A DNA stretch of 64,000 nt from an uncultured Collinsella sp. (GTDB taxonomy: Bacteria; Actinomycetota; Coriobacteriia; Coriobacteriales; Coriobacteriaceae): the NCBI GenBank assembly GCA_902491935.1, contig CABUJN010000003.1, positions 1,245 to 65,244 on the forward strand. The letters run 5' to 3'. Numbering within the stretch: position 1 is the stretch's first letter; each line of letters opens with the position of its first letter. The notes beneath the pieces are model-generated. The model did no database searches. It was given only the letters and a program-made list of their open reading frames with translations, and was not told the DNA's origin. Shown piece by piece: positions 8,254 through 17,696 of the stretch. Made by a program: the position numbers and the translations under genes.

Positions 8254-8766
8254 ATGGGTTTCTTTTCTCGCCTAATGGGTGGCTCGGATAAGCAGACGAC
8301 TGCGGCTTCCGAGTTCGAAATCCTCGCTCCCGTTTCCGGCGAGCTTGTTCATCTAGAAAATACCAATGACCCCGCTTTTAGCAGCCGTGCAGTGGGCGAT
8401 GGCGTTGCCGTGGTTCCCCAAGAGGGAACGGTGTGCGCTCCTGTTTCCGGCACCGTCGCGGCGCTGTTTCCGACTGAGCACGCGCTGGGCATCATGTCCG
8501 ACGACAGCTCTGCTCAGGTGATGCTGCATATCGGAATCGACACTGTTAAACTTGAGGGCAAGGGCTTCCATGCGCTTGTTGCCCAGGGTGATCACGTTGA
8601 CGCGGGCCAGCCCCTCGTCGAGGTCGATTTCGACGTGGTCCGCGCCGCCGGCTTCGATCCCACGGTCTTCGTTATCGTGTGCGAGCGCTCGGAGAACTCG
8701 ACTCTTCGTGAGCATGCTTCCGGCCCTGTTGCTGTTAAAGAGCCTGTCGTCTGGCTTTCCGAGTAA
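8254..8766 (+). CDS. PTS glucose-family EIIA component
   Basis: The EIIA-Glc signature is present: DPAFSSRAVGDGVAV ... HALGI ... MLHIGIDTVKLEGKGF. I chose the ATG at 8254 because GAAGGGA lies upstream. Confidence 0.9.
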   Translation: MGFFSRLMGGSDKQTTAASEFEILAPVSGELVHLENTNDPAFSSRAVGDGVAVVPQEGTVCAPVSGTVAALFPTEHALGIMSDDSSAQVMLHIGIDTVKLEGKGFHALVAQGDHVDAGQPLVEVDFDVVRAAGFDPTVFVIVCERSENSTLREHASGPVAVKEPVVWLSE

Positions 8767-8784
8767 ATTCTTGTGGTGGGTACC

Positions 8785-9639
8785 GTGGTTATCAAGCGAG
8801 TTTTTAACAACAACGTCGCAATGGTCACTTCGGACGATGGCTCCGAGCTCATCGTCATCGGTCGAGGCCTCTGCTTTGGTCGTCATGCCGGCGATGCCAT
8901 CGACGAGGCGTCGATCGAAAAGACCTACGCGTTGCAGGAGGGAACTTCTCAGGATTCGCGTACGATTGACCGCTTGGCACATCTTTTGGAGTCCATCCCC
9001 ACCGTCAACCTCGTGATTGCCGAGGACATTGTTCAGATGCTCCGTCGAGAGCTCAATGTTGATATCAACGACAAGATTCTCATTGCTCTCGCAGACCATA
9101 TCAGCCTTGCTTTGGAGCGCGAGCGCAAGGGCGTCTCCTGTGAGAATCCGTTGCTGCTCGAGATCCAGCAGTTCTATCGCAAGGAGTATGCACTTGCGGG
9201 CCGTGCGCTGCAGATTATCAAGGAGTATATGGGCATTCAGATGAGCGAAGAAGAGCAGGGTTTCATTACGCTGCATATCGTCAACGCCACCATGCCGCAA
9301 CGCTCCGATCGTTTGATTGTTTCGGTCCAGCTTGTTCGCGACGTGCTCGCGATTGTTTCCAAGCGCTATGCTACGACCCTCGATGACACCTCGCTGCCTT
9401 ACGAACGTTTCGTTCGTCACCTGCAGTTTTTCGCACAGCGAGCGCTCGATCCTACGGCAGGGCAAATCAACGGAGACGCGCTGTTCCGAATCGATGAAAC
9501 GGCGTATCCGTGCGCATTCTCGTGCGCGGACGCCATAGCCGCCCACTTGTCGTCTACCTATAACGTTGTCGTTACCGATGCTGAGAAGAGTTATCTCGCA
9601 TATCACATTGTTAACCTGCTTGGAGAACCTGGTCTCTAG
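8785..9639 (+). CDS. BglG/LicT-family PRD-containing transcription antiterminator
   Basis: The N-terminal CAT domain reads VIKRVFNNNVAMV, followed by two PRD-like halves. A GTG start at 8785 places NNN at residues 8-10, as in LicT-type proteins. The ORF track start is 8773. Confidence 0.88.
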   Translation: MVIKRVFNNNVAMVTSDDGSELIVIGRGLCFGRHAGDAIDEASIEKTYALQEGTSQDSRTIDRLAHLLESIPTVNLVIAEDIVQMLRRELNVDINDKILIALADHISLALERERKGVSCENPLLLEIQQFYRKEYALAGRALQIIKEYMGIQMSEEEQGFITLHIVNATMPQRSDRLIVSVQLVRDVLAIVSKRYATTLDDTSLPYERFVRHLQFFAQRALDPTAGQINGDALFRIDETAYPCAFSCADAIAAHLSSTYNVVVTDAEKSYLAYHIVNLLGEPGL

Positions 9640-9738
9640 GCATAACGTGCCCACACATCGATTGATATAAGGCAAGGCTCACGGTCTTGTCCAGGGCACA
9701 TCTGTCTTAATTTGCGGAAAAGGAAGGGGAGTACCGCT

Positions 9739-11355
9739 ATGACCGCAAAAAAGAAGTTCAATTTCAAAGCGCCGTTGGAGGTGTTCGCGAAGTCGATCGT
9801 TCAGCCGATGATGTATCTCTCGGTTGCCGGCATCCTGCTCATCGTGGGCATCATTCTGACCAACAAGACCATCTGCGCTTTGGTCCCCGTACTGGGCTCC
9901 GGTCCGTTCCAGCTTGTGGGCGCCGTTGTCTATCAGTCGCTGATGTTTATCATCAACAACCTCTCGATTCTGTTCTGCGTGGGCATCGCCGGCGCCATGG
10001 CAAAGAAGAACAAGGGCCATGCTTCGCTGATTGCCCTGATGTCGTTCTTCCTGTTCCTGCAGGCTAACAACATCGTGCTCAACGCCACCGGCTCTCTTGC
10101 CGATGCGAGCGGCATGCTCGGTCTTACCGGAACCGGCCAGGCCACCGTTATGGGCATTCAGGTGCTCGATACCGGCGTGTTCGGCGGCATCATCCTTGGT
10201 TGCATCACCGGTGCCGTGTTCAACAAGTACTCGAACAAGCAGTTCCCCATTGCCCTTTCGATGTTCTCGGGCGTCCGCTTCCCGTTCCTGATTATGATCA
10301 TCATTTCCTGGATCATGGGCGCTGGCTTCTGCATCGTTTGGCCTCCGGTTCAGGGTGCCATCTCCTCCGTTGCCGGCATCATTAAGGAGTCGGGCAACAT
10401 CGGTCTGTTTATCTACGGCATGCTCAACAAGCTGCTCGTTCCCACCGGTCTGCACCACCTCATCTACACCCCGTTCCAGTTCTCCGATGTGGGTGGCACC
10501 CTGACGCTGGGTGATCAGGTTATTGCCGGCGCCTATCCCATCCGTGTTGCCGAGATGGCAATGACGGGTCAGCCCTTCTCCGATAGTACGTATTTCAACA
10601 GCTACACCTTCAACAACCTGTGGCCCTACATCGGTATCGGTCTCGCCTTTATCGTCACCGCTTACAAGGGGAACAAGGATAAGACCAAGGCCGTTATTAT
10701 CCCGCTGATCATCACCGCCGTGCTCTCCTGCGTGACCGAGCCCATGGACTTCCTCTTTGTCTTTGCCGCTCCCGTGCTCTTTGTCGTTCACTCGGTTCTT
10801 TCCGGCATCTTCCTGGTCCTGCTCAAGGTCCTCTCCGTGCCCGCTTCGACTGCAGGCGGCATCATCAACATCGTGGTTTCCAACCTGGTCCTCGGTGTCG
10901 ATAAGACCAACTGGCCGGTTATGCTGGTGCTTGGAGTCGTCAACGCCGCTCTGTACTTCTTCCTCTTCACCTTCCTTATCAAGAAGCTCAACCTCCACAC
11001 GCCTGGTCGCGAGGAAGAGTCCGAGCTTGCCGAGTCCGTTGCCGAGGGCGAGGCCGCCGCGTCTGTCGCGGTGAAGCAGGGCGCTGTTGCCGCGGCTCCC
11101 GCAGAGGGCGTCGATGCAGGTATTGCCGACCTGGTCGCAGGTCTTGGTGGCAAGGACAACATCGAGGAGCTCGAGAACTGCTTTACGCGTCTCCGCGTGA
11201 ACGTTAAGAACCCGGACCTCATCAATGAGGACCTCATCAACCACGTGCCCAACAGCGGCATCAACCGCAACGGCAATAATATCCAGATCATCTTTGGCAT
11301 GAAGGTCGCCGAGATGCGCGACAAGGTCGAAAACGCAATTGAGAAGGAGCAGTAA
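9739..11355 (+). CDS. PTS glucose/alpha-glucoside-family EIICB component
   Basis: A polytopic EIIC region is followed by a C-terminal EIIB with the NCFTRLRVNV Cys motif. The ATG at 9739 is preceded by AAGGAAGGGGA. Confidence 0.9.
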   Translation: MTAKKKFNFKAPLEVFAKSIVQPMMYLSVAGILLIVGIILTNKTICALVPVLGSGPFQLVGAVVYQSLMFIINNLSILFCVGIAGAMAKKNKGHASLIALMSFFLFLQANNIVLNATGSLADASGMLGLTGTGQATVMGIQVLDTGVFGGIILGCITGAVFNKYSNKQFPIALSMFSGVRFPFLIMIIISWIMGAGFCIVWPPVQGAISSVAGIIKESGNIGLFIYGMLNKLLVPTGLHHLIYTPFQFSDVGGTLTLGDQVIAGAYPIRVAEMAMTGQPFSDSTYFNSYTFNNLWPYIGIGLAFIVTAYKGNKDKTKAVIIPLIITAVLSCVTEPMDFLFVFAAPVLFVVHSVLSGIFLVLLKVLSVPASTAGGIINIVVSNLVLGVDKTNWPVMLVLGVVNAALYFFLFTFLIKKLNLHTPGREEESELAESVAEGEAAASVAVKQGAVAAAPAEGVDAGIADLVAGLGGKDNIEELENCFTRLRVNVKNPDLINEDLINHVPNSGINRNGNNIQIIFGMKVAEMRDKVENAIEKEQ

Positions 11356-11358
11356 ACA

Positions 11359-12741
11359 ATGATCATTACTCTGTGTGGTGGCGGATCCACCTTTACCCCC
11401 GGCATCGTCAAGTCCATCGCCCTGCGCAAGGACGAGCTCGACGTTGACGAGATTCGTCTGTACGACATCAACGAGGAGCGCCAGCGCAAGATCGGCGTGC
11501 TCGTGGACTGGATTTTGCACGAGGACCTCGGCCTGGACATCAAGCTCACGGTGACCACCGACAAAAAGACGGCTTTTACCGACGCGAGCTTCGTGTTTGC
11601 CCAGATGCGCGTGGGCGGCTACGCCATGCGCGAGCAGGACGAGAAGATTCCGCTGCGTCACGGCTGCGTGGGTCAGGAGACTTGCGGTTGCGGCGGCCTT
11701 GCCTACGGCATGCGCACCATCTTCCCCATGGTCGAGCTGATCGATGACGTTGAGAAGTACGCCAAGAAGGACTACTGGATTCTCAACTACTCCAACCCTG
11801 CCGCCATCGTCTCCGAGGGCTGCCGCGTGCTGCGTCCCAACGCTCGTATCATCAACATCTGCGACATGCCGATCGCGATCATCGACGTGGTTTGCGCCGC
11901 GCTCGATATCGACAAGAAGGATGTCGAGTACGATTACTTTGGCCTCAACCACTTTGGTTGGTTCACCTCGATCCGCCACAAGGGCGAGGAGGTGCTCCCG
12001 CAGCTGCGCGAGTACATCAAGGAGCATGAGATTCTGCTGCCCGACTCTTACCTCAAGGGCATGGGCTCGCTCATGGCAAAGAAGCCCGAGGAGGCCGTCG
12101 ACGAGCACCCCGAGCAGAACCGCCACACCAAGGGCAGCTGGTACTACGTCTGGAAGGGCGAGTACGAGATCATGGAGTGCTTCCCGGAGTACCTGCCCAA
12201 CACGTATCTGAACTACTACCTGCAGCAGAAGGAGTTCGTCGAGCACTCCAACCCCGAGCGCACCCGTGCTAACGAGGTTGAGGAGACGCGTGAGAAGAAC
12301 CTCTTTGATGGTATCGACCATTACGAGAAGACGGGCGAGATCGACGAGAGCACGTTCTATGCGGGCAGCCACGGCGACTGGATTGCCGATCTGGCTATCG
12401 CTCTGAAGAACGACACCAAGCAGCGCTTCCTGGTCATTTGCGAGAACAAGGGCGCCATCCCCAACATGCCCTACGACGCTATGGTCGAGCTGCCTGCCTA
12501 CATTGGCAAGAACGGCCCCGAGGTCATCAGCCGCGACAACATTCCGCTGTTCCAGCAGGGCCTCATGATGCAGCAGCTGAACTCCGAGAAGCTCATTGTC
12601 GAGGCTACGATCGAGGGTTCGTACGAGAAGGCGCTTAAGGCCTTTACGCTCAACAAGACCGTGCCGTCGATGAAGGTCGCCAAGGAGGTTCTCGACGACA
12701 TGATCGAGGCCAACAAGGGTTACTGGCCCGAGCTTAAGTAA
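11359..12741 (+). CDS. GH4-family 6-phospho-glucosidase (NAD/Mn-dependent; 6-phospho-alpha-glucosidase type)
   Basis: The N-terminus is MIITLCGGGSTFTPGIV (the GH4 Rossmann motif). The gene is adjacent to EIICB. Confidence 0.9.
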   Translation: MIITLCGGGSTFTPGIVKSIALRKDELDVDEIRLYDINEERQRKIGVLVDWILHEDLGLDIKLTVTTDKKTAFTDASFVFAQMRVGGYAMREQDEKIPLRHGCVGQETCGCGGLAYGMRTIFPMVELIDDVEKYAKKDYWILNYSNPAAIVSEGCRVLRPNARIINICDMPIAIIDVVCAALDIDKKDVEYDYFGLNHFGWFTSIRHKGEEVLPQLREYIKEHEILLPDSYLKGMGSLMAKKPEEAVDEHPEQNRHTKGSWYYVWKGEYEIMECFPEYLPNTYLNYYLQQKEFVEHSNPERTRANEVEETREKNLFDGIDHYEKTGEIDESTFYAGSHGDWIADLAIALKNDTKQRFLVICENKGAIPNMPYDAMVELPAYIGKNGPEVISRDNIPLFQQGLMMQQLNSEKLIVEATIEGSYEKALKAFTLNKTVPSMKVAKEVLDDMIEANKGYWPELK

Positions 12742-12774
12742 AAGCAACAGGGTCGCTGGCCGCATGCCTGAAGC

Positions 12775-12817
12775 AATGCCCCGCCCACGTGATTGCGTGG
12801 GCGGGGCATTGTCGTTT
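12775..12817 (+). terminator. Rho-independent terminator of the PTS operon
   Basis: A perfect 15-bp stem, AATGCCCCGCCCACG / CGTGGGCGGGGCATT, with a 6-nt loop, followed by GTCGTTT. Confidence 0.85.
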
Positions 12818-12997
12818 GGTAACGCGTTTTATCAAATATGGCATTTATCTGCGATAATGTTCATTTTCACCGCTGATGGTGACATTTCATACCGCCTGCC
12901 GAACTGCGTGGAGACCTAACAACTTTTTAGGTCAGTGTTGTGCGTGTAGCAATTTCGCCCGGCCTCGCCTCCGGGCTGCCATGTGAGAGGGGATCTT

Positions 12998-14830
12998 ATG
13001 GCTCGACTGCACGTAATGGAACGCAGCCACGCTCAGGCCGTCATGGACGACCTGCACGATGCACTCGGACGTCGTCTGGCGGTGAGTTCACTCGCCCCGT
13101 GCCCCGTCGAGTTTACGGCGGCGCTCGTCAACCTGTGCTCCACCCAGAGCTGCGGCAAGTGCACGCCCTGCCGCGTGGGCCTGAGCGCGCTGAGCGACCT
13201 GCTCGCCGATGTGCTCGAGGGCCGCGCCGACGAGTCCACGCTCAACTTGATTGAGCGCACGGCCCGCACCATCTACCTTTCGAGCGACTGCGCCATCGGC
13301 TACGAAGCTGGCGCCATGGCACTCACGGCCATTCGCGGCTTCCGCGACGATTTTGAGCACCACATCCGCGAGCACTCCTGCGGCTTTGACCGCGAGGCTC
13401 GCGTCCCGTGTGTCTCGGGCTGCCCGGCGCACGTCGACATTCCTGGTTACATCTCGCTCGTCGAGGCAGGCCGTTATGCCGACGCCGTCAAGGTCATCCG
13501 CAAGAACAACCCGCTACCGCTCGTCTGTGGCCTGGTGTGCGAGCATCCCTGCGAGATGCATTGCCGCCGTGGCATGGTCGACGACCCCATGAACATCCTC
13601 GCCCTCAAGCGTTTTGCCGTTGAGCATAGCGACCTCAACGACCACAAGCCACATGTAGTGGACAACACCGGTAAGCGCGTCGCCGTGATCGGCGGCGGCC
13701 CGGCCGGCCTTTCCTGTGCCTACTACCTGGCCGAGATGGGCCACAAGGTGACCATTTTTGAGCAGCGCCACCACTTGGGCGGCATGCTGCGCTACGGCAT
13801 CCCCAGCTATCGTCTGCCGCGCGAGCGCCTGCAGGCCGAGATCGACTGGATCTTGAACGCCGGCATCGACGTGGAGCTCGACCACTCCGTGAGCGGCGAG
13901 GAGCTCGCCCGTCTGCGCGACGAGTTCGATGCCGTCTACCTGGCCATCGGTGCCCACAGTGACAAGAAGCTCGGCCTTCCGGGTGAAGAGGCGCCCGGCG
14001 TGGAATCGGCCGTCAAGATGCTGCGCGCCATCGGCGATGACGAGCTGCCCGACCTGAGCGGCCAGCGCGTGTGCGTCATCGGCGGCGGCAACGTTGCCAT
14101 GGACGTGGCACGCTCCGCCGTGCGCTGCGGTGCCGAAAAGGTAAGCATCGTCTACCGCCGTCGCATCTGCGATATGACGGCCCAGGACGCCGAGATTGCC
14201 GGTGCCCAGGCCGAGGGCTGTGAGGTGCTGGAGCTGACGGCCCCGCTCGCCATCGAGACGGGCGAGGACGGTCGCGTGAGCGGCCTGCGCGTGCAGCCGC
14301 AGATTATCGGCGAGCCCCGTCGCGGTCGTCCGGCTCCGCGTGCCGCCGCCACGCCCGAGCGCGTCATCCCCTGCGAGCGTGTGTTCGTCGCCATTGGCCA
14401 AGACATCGATTCCAAACCGTTTGAGGAGGTGGGCATTGCCTGCAAGTGGGGCTGCGTGGTCACCGATTCGGACGGTGCCGTGCCCAACTTCGACGGCCTC
14501 TTTAGCGGCGGCGACTGCCAGACCGGTCCCGCCACCGTCATCCGTGCCATCAACGCTGGCCGCGTGGCTTCGGCAAATATCGACCGCTACCTGGGCTTCG
14601 ACCACAAGATCAAGCTCGACGTGGAGCTGCCGACCGTGCAGTTTAAGGGCAAGCACGAGTGCGGCCGCTGCGAGCTGGGTGAGCGCGAGGCCGGCGAGCG
14701 TATTCACGATTGGAATCTGGTCGAGCAGGGCCTTACCGAGGAGGAGGCGCGCCAGGAGGCAAGCCGCTGCCTGCGTTGCGACCACTTTGGCTTTGGCGCG
14801 TTCCGCGGAGGGAGGAGCCTGGAATGGTAG
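12998..14830 (+). CDS. NAD(P)H oxidoreductase: NuoF-C-like Fe-S domain fused to a GltD-like (glutamate synthase small subunit) flavoprotein
   Basis: Motifs are SCGKCTPCRVG (NuoF 4Fe-4S), CEHPCEMHC and the dinucleotide fold VAVIGGGPAGLSCAYYL. The ATG at 12998 follows GAGAGGGGA. Confidence 0.9.
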   Translation: MARLHVMERSHAQAVMDDLHDALGRRLAVSSLAPCPVEFTAALVNLCSTQSCGKCTPCRVGLSALSDLLADVLEGRADESTLNLIERTARTIYLSSDCAIGYEAGAMALTAIRGFRDDFEHHIREHSCGFDREARVPCVSGCPAHVDIPGYISLVEAGRYADAVKVIRKNNPLPLVCGLVCEHPCEMHCRRGMVDDPMNILALKRFAVEHSDLNDHKPHVVDNTGKRVAVIGGGPAGLSCAYYLAEMGHKVTIFEQRHHLGGMLRYGIPSYRLPRERLQAEIDWILNAGIDVELDHSVSGEELARLRDEFDAVYLAIGAHSDKKLGLPGEEAPGVESAVKMLRAIGDDELPDLSGQRVCVIGGGNVAMDVARSAVRCGAEKVSIVYRRRICDMTAQDAEIAGAQAEGCEVLELTAPLAIETGEDGRVSGLRVQPQIIGEPRRGRPAPRAAATPERVIPCERVFVAIGQDIDSKPFEEVGIACKWGCVVTDSDGAVPNFDGLFSGGDCQTGPATVIRAINAGRVASANIDRYLGFDHKIKLDVELPTVQFKGKHECGRCELGEREAGERIHDWNLVEQGLTEEEARQEASRCLRCDHFGFGAFRGGRSLEW

Positions 14831-16635
14831 AGCTCAACAACCCCACTGTCAGCGACAACACCGAAAGCGGAGCACTCAATATGGTCAAGCTCACTATCGA
14901 TAATTGCGAGGTCGTGGTACCCGAGCACACCACGATCCTGGACGCGGCCAAGTCCGTCGGTATCCAGATTCCCACCCTGTGCTACCTGCGCGATCTAAAC
15001 GAGATCGGCGGCTGCCGCGTGTGCGTGGTCGAAGTCGAGGGCTGCGATCAGCTGGTTGCCGCCTGCAACAACTACGTGCTCGACGGCATGGTGGTCCACA
15101 CCAACAGCCCCAAGGCTCGCGAGGCCCGTCGCACCAACGTGCAGCTGCTGCTGTCCCAGCACGATTCGCAGTGCACGAGCTGCGTGCGCAGCGGCAACTG
15201 CAACCTGCAGACCATTGCCAACGACCTGGGCATTTTCTATCTGCCGTTTCAAAGGCATTTGGCGGGCGAGGGCTGGGATTTCGATTTCCCCATCATCCGC
15301 GAAAACGACAAGTGCATTAAATGCATGCGCTGCATCAAGGTGTGCGAGAGCGTACAGGGCCTAGGGATTTGGGACCTGACCAACCGCGCCACGCATACCG
15401 CCGTGGGCACCCGCGGGCGCGTGCCGATCGGCAAGACCGATTGCGTCGCGTGCGGCCAGTGCATTACGCATTGCCCGACGGGCGCGCTGCGCGAGCGCGA
15501 CGACACCGAGACCGTGTTTGACGCGCTCGCTAATCCCGACAAGATCGTGCTGGTGCAGATCGCGCCTGCCGTTCGCAGCGCCTGGGGCGAGGAACTCGGC
15601 ATTCCGCGCGAGGAGGCAACCGTCGAGCGTCTGGCTTGCGCGCTGCGCCGCGTGGGCTTTGAGTACGTGTTCGATACCGATTTCTCGGCCGACCTCACCA
15701 TTATGGAGGAGGGCTCCGAGCTGCTCGAGCGCCTGGGCGCCGCCGCTAAGGGTGAGGGCGACAGCCGCGGCTGGCCCATGTTTACGAGCTGCTGCCCGGG
15801 CTGGGTGCGCTTTGTGAAGGCACGTTACCCCGAGTTTGTCGACAGCCTGTCCACGTCCAAGTCGCCGCAGCAGATGTTCGGCGCTATTGCCAAGACCTAC
15901 TACGCCAAGGCGCTGAGCGTGGAGCCAGAGCGCCTGTTCGTGGTGTCCGTGATGCCGTGCACGGCCAAGAAGGCCGAGTGCGCGCTGCCGAGCATGGTGG
16001 GCGAGGGCGGCGCGCCCGACGTAGATGTTGCGCTGACGGTGCGCGAGATGGTGCGCATGATCCGCGCGAGCCACGTGGGCGTGGACACGCTGGTCGAGGA
16101 GCCGCTCGACACGCCGCTGGGCTTTGGCACGGGCGCGGGTGTGATCTTTGGCGCCACGGGCGGTGTGATGGAGGCTGCTGTGCGCTCGGCTTACTACCTG
16201 GTGACGGGCAAGAACCCCGATGCGGATTTCTTTACCGACGTGCGTGGACTCGACGGCTGGAAGGAAGCCGTCGCCGATATCGATGGCACTAAGGTGCGTG
16301 TTGCCGTGGCGCACGGGCTGGGCAACGCTGCCCGCCTGCTCGACGCGATTCGCGACGGCCGTGTGAGCTATGACTTCGTTGAGGTTATGGCATGCCCGGG
16401 CGGCTGCGTCGGTGGCGGCGGTCAGCCCATCCACGACGGCTGCGAGCTGGCGGCCGAGCGCGGCCAGGTGCTCTGGGGCCTCGATGCGAACGCCGAGATT
16501 CGCTTCTCGCATGAGAATCCCGATGTCCAGGCGTGCTATAGCGAGTTCTTGGGTGCGCCGCTCTCGCCGCTGGCCGAGGAATTGCTGCATACCGATCATC
16601 ACGCATGGACGATGCCTAACGAGGGGACGTGCTAG
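14824..16635 (+). CDS. hydA: [FeFe]-hydrogenase catalytic subunit
   Basis: An N-terminal 2Fe-2S/4Fe-4S region is followed by the H-cluster motifs FTSCCPGW, MPCTAKKAE and EVMACPGGCVGGGGQP. The ATG at 14824 overlaps the upstream stop (ATGGTAG) and follows GGAGGGAGGAG. An alternative start is 14881. Confidence 0.95.
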   Translation: MVELNNPTVSDNTESGALNMVKLTIDNCEVVVPEHTTILDAAKSVGIQIPTLCYLRDLNEIGGCRVCVVEVEGCDQLVAACNNYVLDGMVVHTNSPKAREARRTNVQLLLSQHDSQCTSCVRSGNCNLQTIANDLGIFYLPFQRHLAGEGWDFDFPIIRENDKCIKCMRCIKVCESVQGLGIWDLTNRATHTAVGTRGRVPIGKTDCVACGQCITHCPTGALRERDDTETVFDALANPDKIVLVQIAPAVRSAWGEELGIPREEATVERLACALRRVGFEYVFDTDFSADLTIMEEGSELLERLGAAAKGEGDSRGWPMFTSCCPGWVRFVKARYPEFVDSLSTSKSPQQMFGAIAKTYYAKALSVEPERLFVVSVMPCTAKKAECALPSMVGEGGAPDVDVALTVREMVRMIRASHVGVDTLVEEPLDTPLGFGTGAGVIFGATGGVMEAAVRSAYYLVTGKNPDADFFTDVRGLDGWKEAVADIDGTKVRVAVAHGLGNAARLLDAIRDGRVSYDFVEVMACPGGCVGGGGQPIHDGCELAAERGQVLWGLDANAEIRFSHENPDVQACYSEFLGAPLSPLAEELLHTDHHAWTMPNEGTC

Positions 16636-16637
16636 CG

Positions 16638-17693
16638 ATGCGCGCGTTTGATGTTGAGATGTCGCGCCGGGGGTTTGCCTCGGCGCTCGCCATGGGCACC
16701 CTGTCGCTTGCGCTCGCGGGCTGTGGCGGCGGGGCTGCCGGTGTCGGGTCCGCCGCGGGCTCGGCTGCCACGGACGGCGCCGGTGCTGCCGCAGAGCCGG
16801 TCGAGGTACACGTCGCCTCGCTCAAGGGGCCGACGTCGATTGGCCTGGTGCAGTTTATGGACCAGGCGGCCGACGGTGCCACGGACAATGAGTTCGACTT
16901 TGCGATCAACACTGCCGCCGACGAGATTGTGCCCAAGGTCATTCAGGGCGATATCGATATCGCCCTGGTGCCCGCCAACGTGGCGAGCGTGCTCTACAAC
17001 AAGACTGAGGGTGCGGTGCAGGTCATCGACATCAACACGCTGGGCGTGCTGAACGTTGTGACGGGCGACGCGAGTGTGGCCTCGTTTGGCGATCTGGCGG
17101 GCCATACTGTCTATATGACGGGCAAGGGCACCACGCCGGAGTACGTCATGAACTACCTGTTGGAGCGCGCGGGCCTGACCGGCCAGGTTACGCTCGAGTT
17201 TAAGAGCGAGCCCACCGAGGTTCTGTCGGCGTTGCTTGCCGATCCGTCTGCCGTGGGCGTGCTGCCGGAGCCGTTCAAGACCGCTGCCATCGCAAAGAGC
17301 GAAGGCAAGCTGTCGGCTCCGGTAAGTCTGACCGATGTGTGGGATGAGCTGGCAGGTGACACGGGTTCGCGCCTGCTGACGGGCGTGACCGTGGTGCGCC
17401 GTGCCTTTGCCGAGGAGCATCCCGAGGCCGTGGCGGAATTCCTGAGCTGCCATGCTGCGAGCGTTGAGGCCGTGAACGCGGCGCCGGCGGACTGGGCGCA
17501 GGCCGTGGTCGATGCGGGCATCGTGGATAACGCCAAGATCGCCGAGAAGGCGATTCCCGGGTGCATGCTTGTCTGCCAGACAGGGAAGGATATGAAGGCC
17601 GCGCTCGGTGGGTACCTGAAGGTGCTGGCCGATGCGGACGCGAGCGCCGTGGGCGGCAAGCTCCCGGCTGATGATTTCTACTACATGGAGTAA
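16638..17693 (+). CDS. ABC-transporter substrate-binding lipoprotein (NMT1/THI5-like; nitrate/sulfonate/taurine-type family)
   Basis: A Tat-like SRRGF motif and the lipobox LALAGC are present, and the gene sits next to the permease/ATPase gene. The ATG at 16638 follows GAGGGGA. Confidence 0.8.
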   Translation: MRAFDVEMSRRGFASALAMGTLSLALAGCGGGAAGVGSAAGSAATDGAGAAAEPVEVHVASLKGPTSIGLVQFMDQAADGATDNEFDFAINTAADEIVPKVIQGDIDIALVPANVASVLYNKTEGAVQVIDINTLGVLNVVTGDASVASFGDLAGHTVYMTGKGTTPEYVMNYLLERAGLTGQVTLEFKSEPTEVLSALLADPSAVGVLPEPFKTAAIAKSEGKLSAPVSLTDVWDELAGDTGSRLLTGVTVVRRAFAEEHPEAVAEFLSCHAASVEAVNAAPADWAQAVVDAGIVDNAKIAEKAIPGCMLVCQTGKDMKAALGGYLKVLADADASAVGGKLPADDFYYME

Positions 17694-17696
17694 CCC

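Noticed and set aside
9679-12765. 1028-aa minus-strand ORF spanning the PTS EIICB and GH4 genes
   Set aside because: It is antisense to two genes with clear family signatures, has no recognisable domains, and spans an intergenic junction. It is a high-GC artefact.
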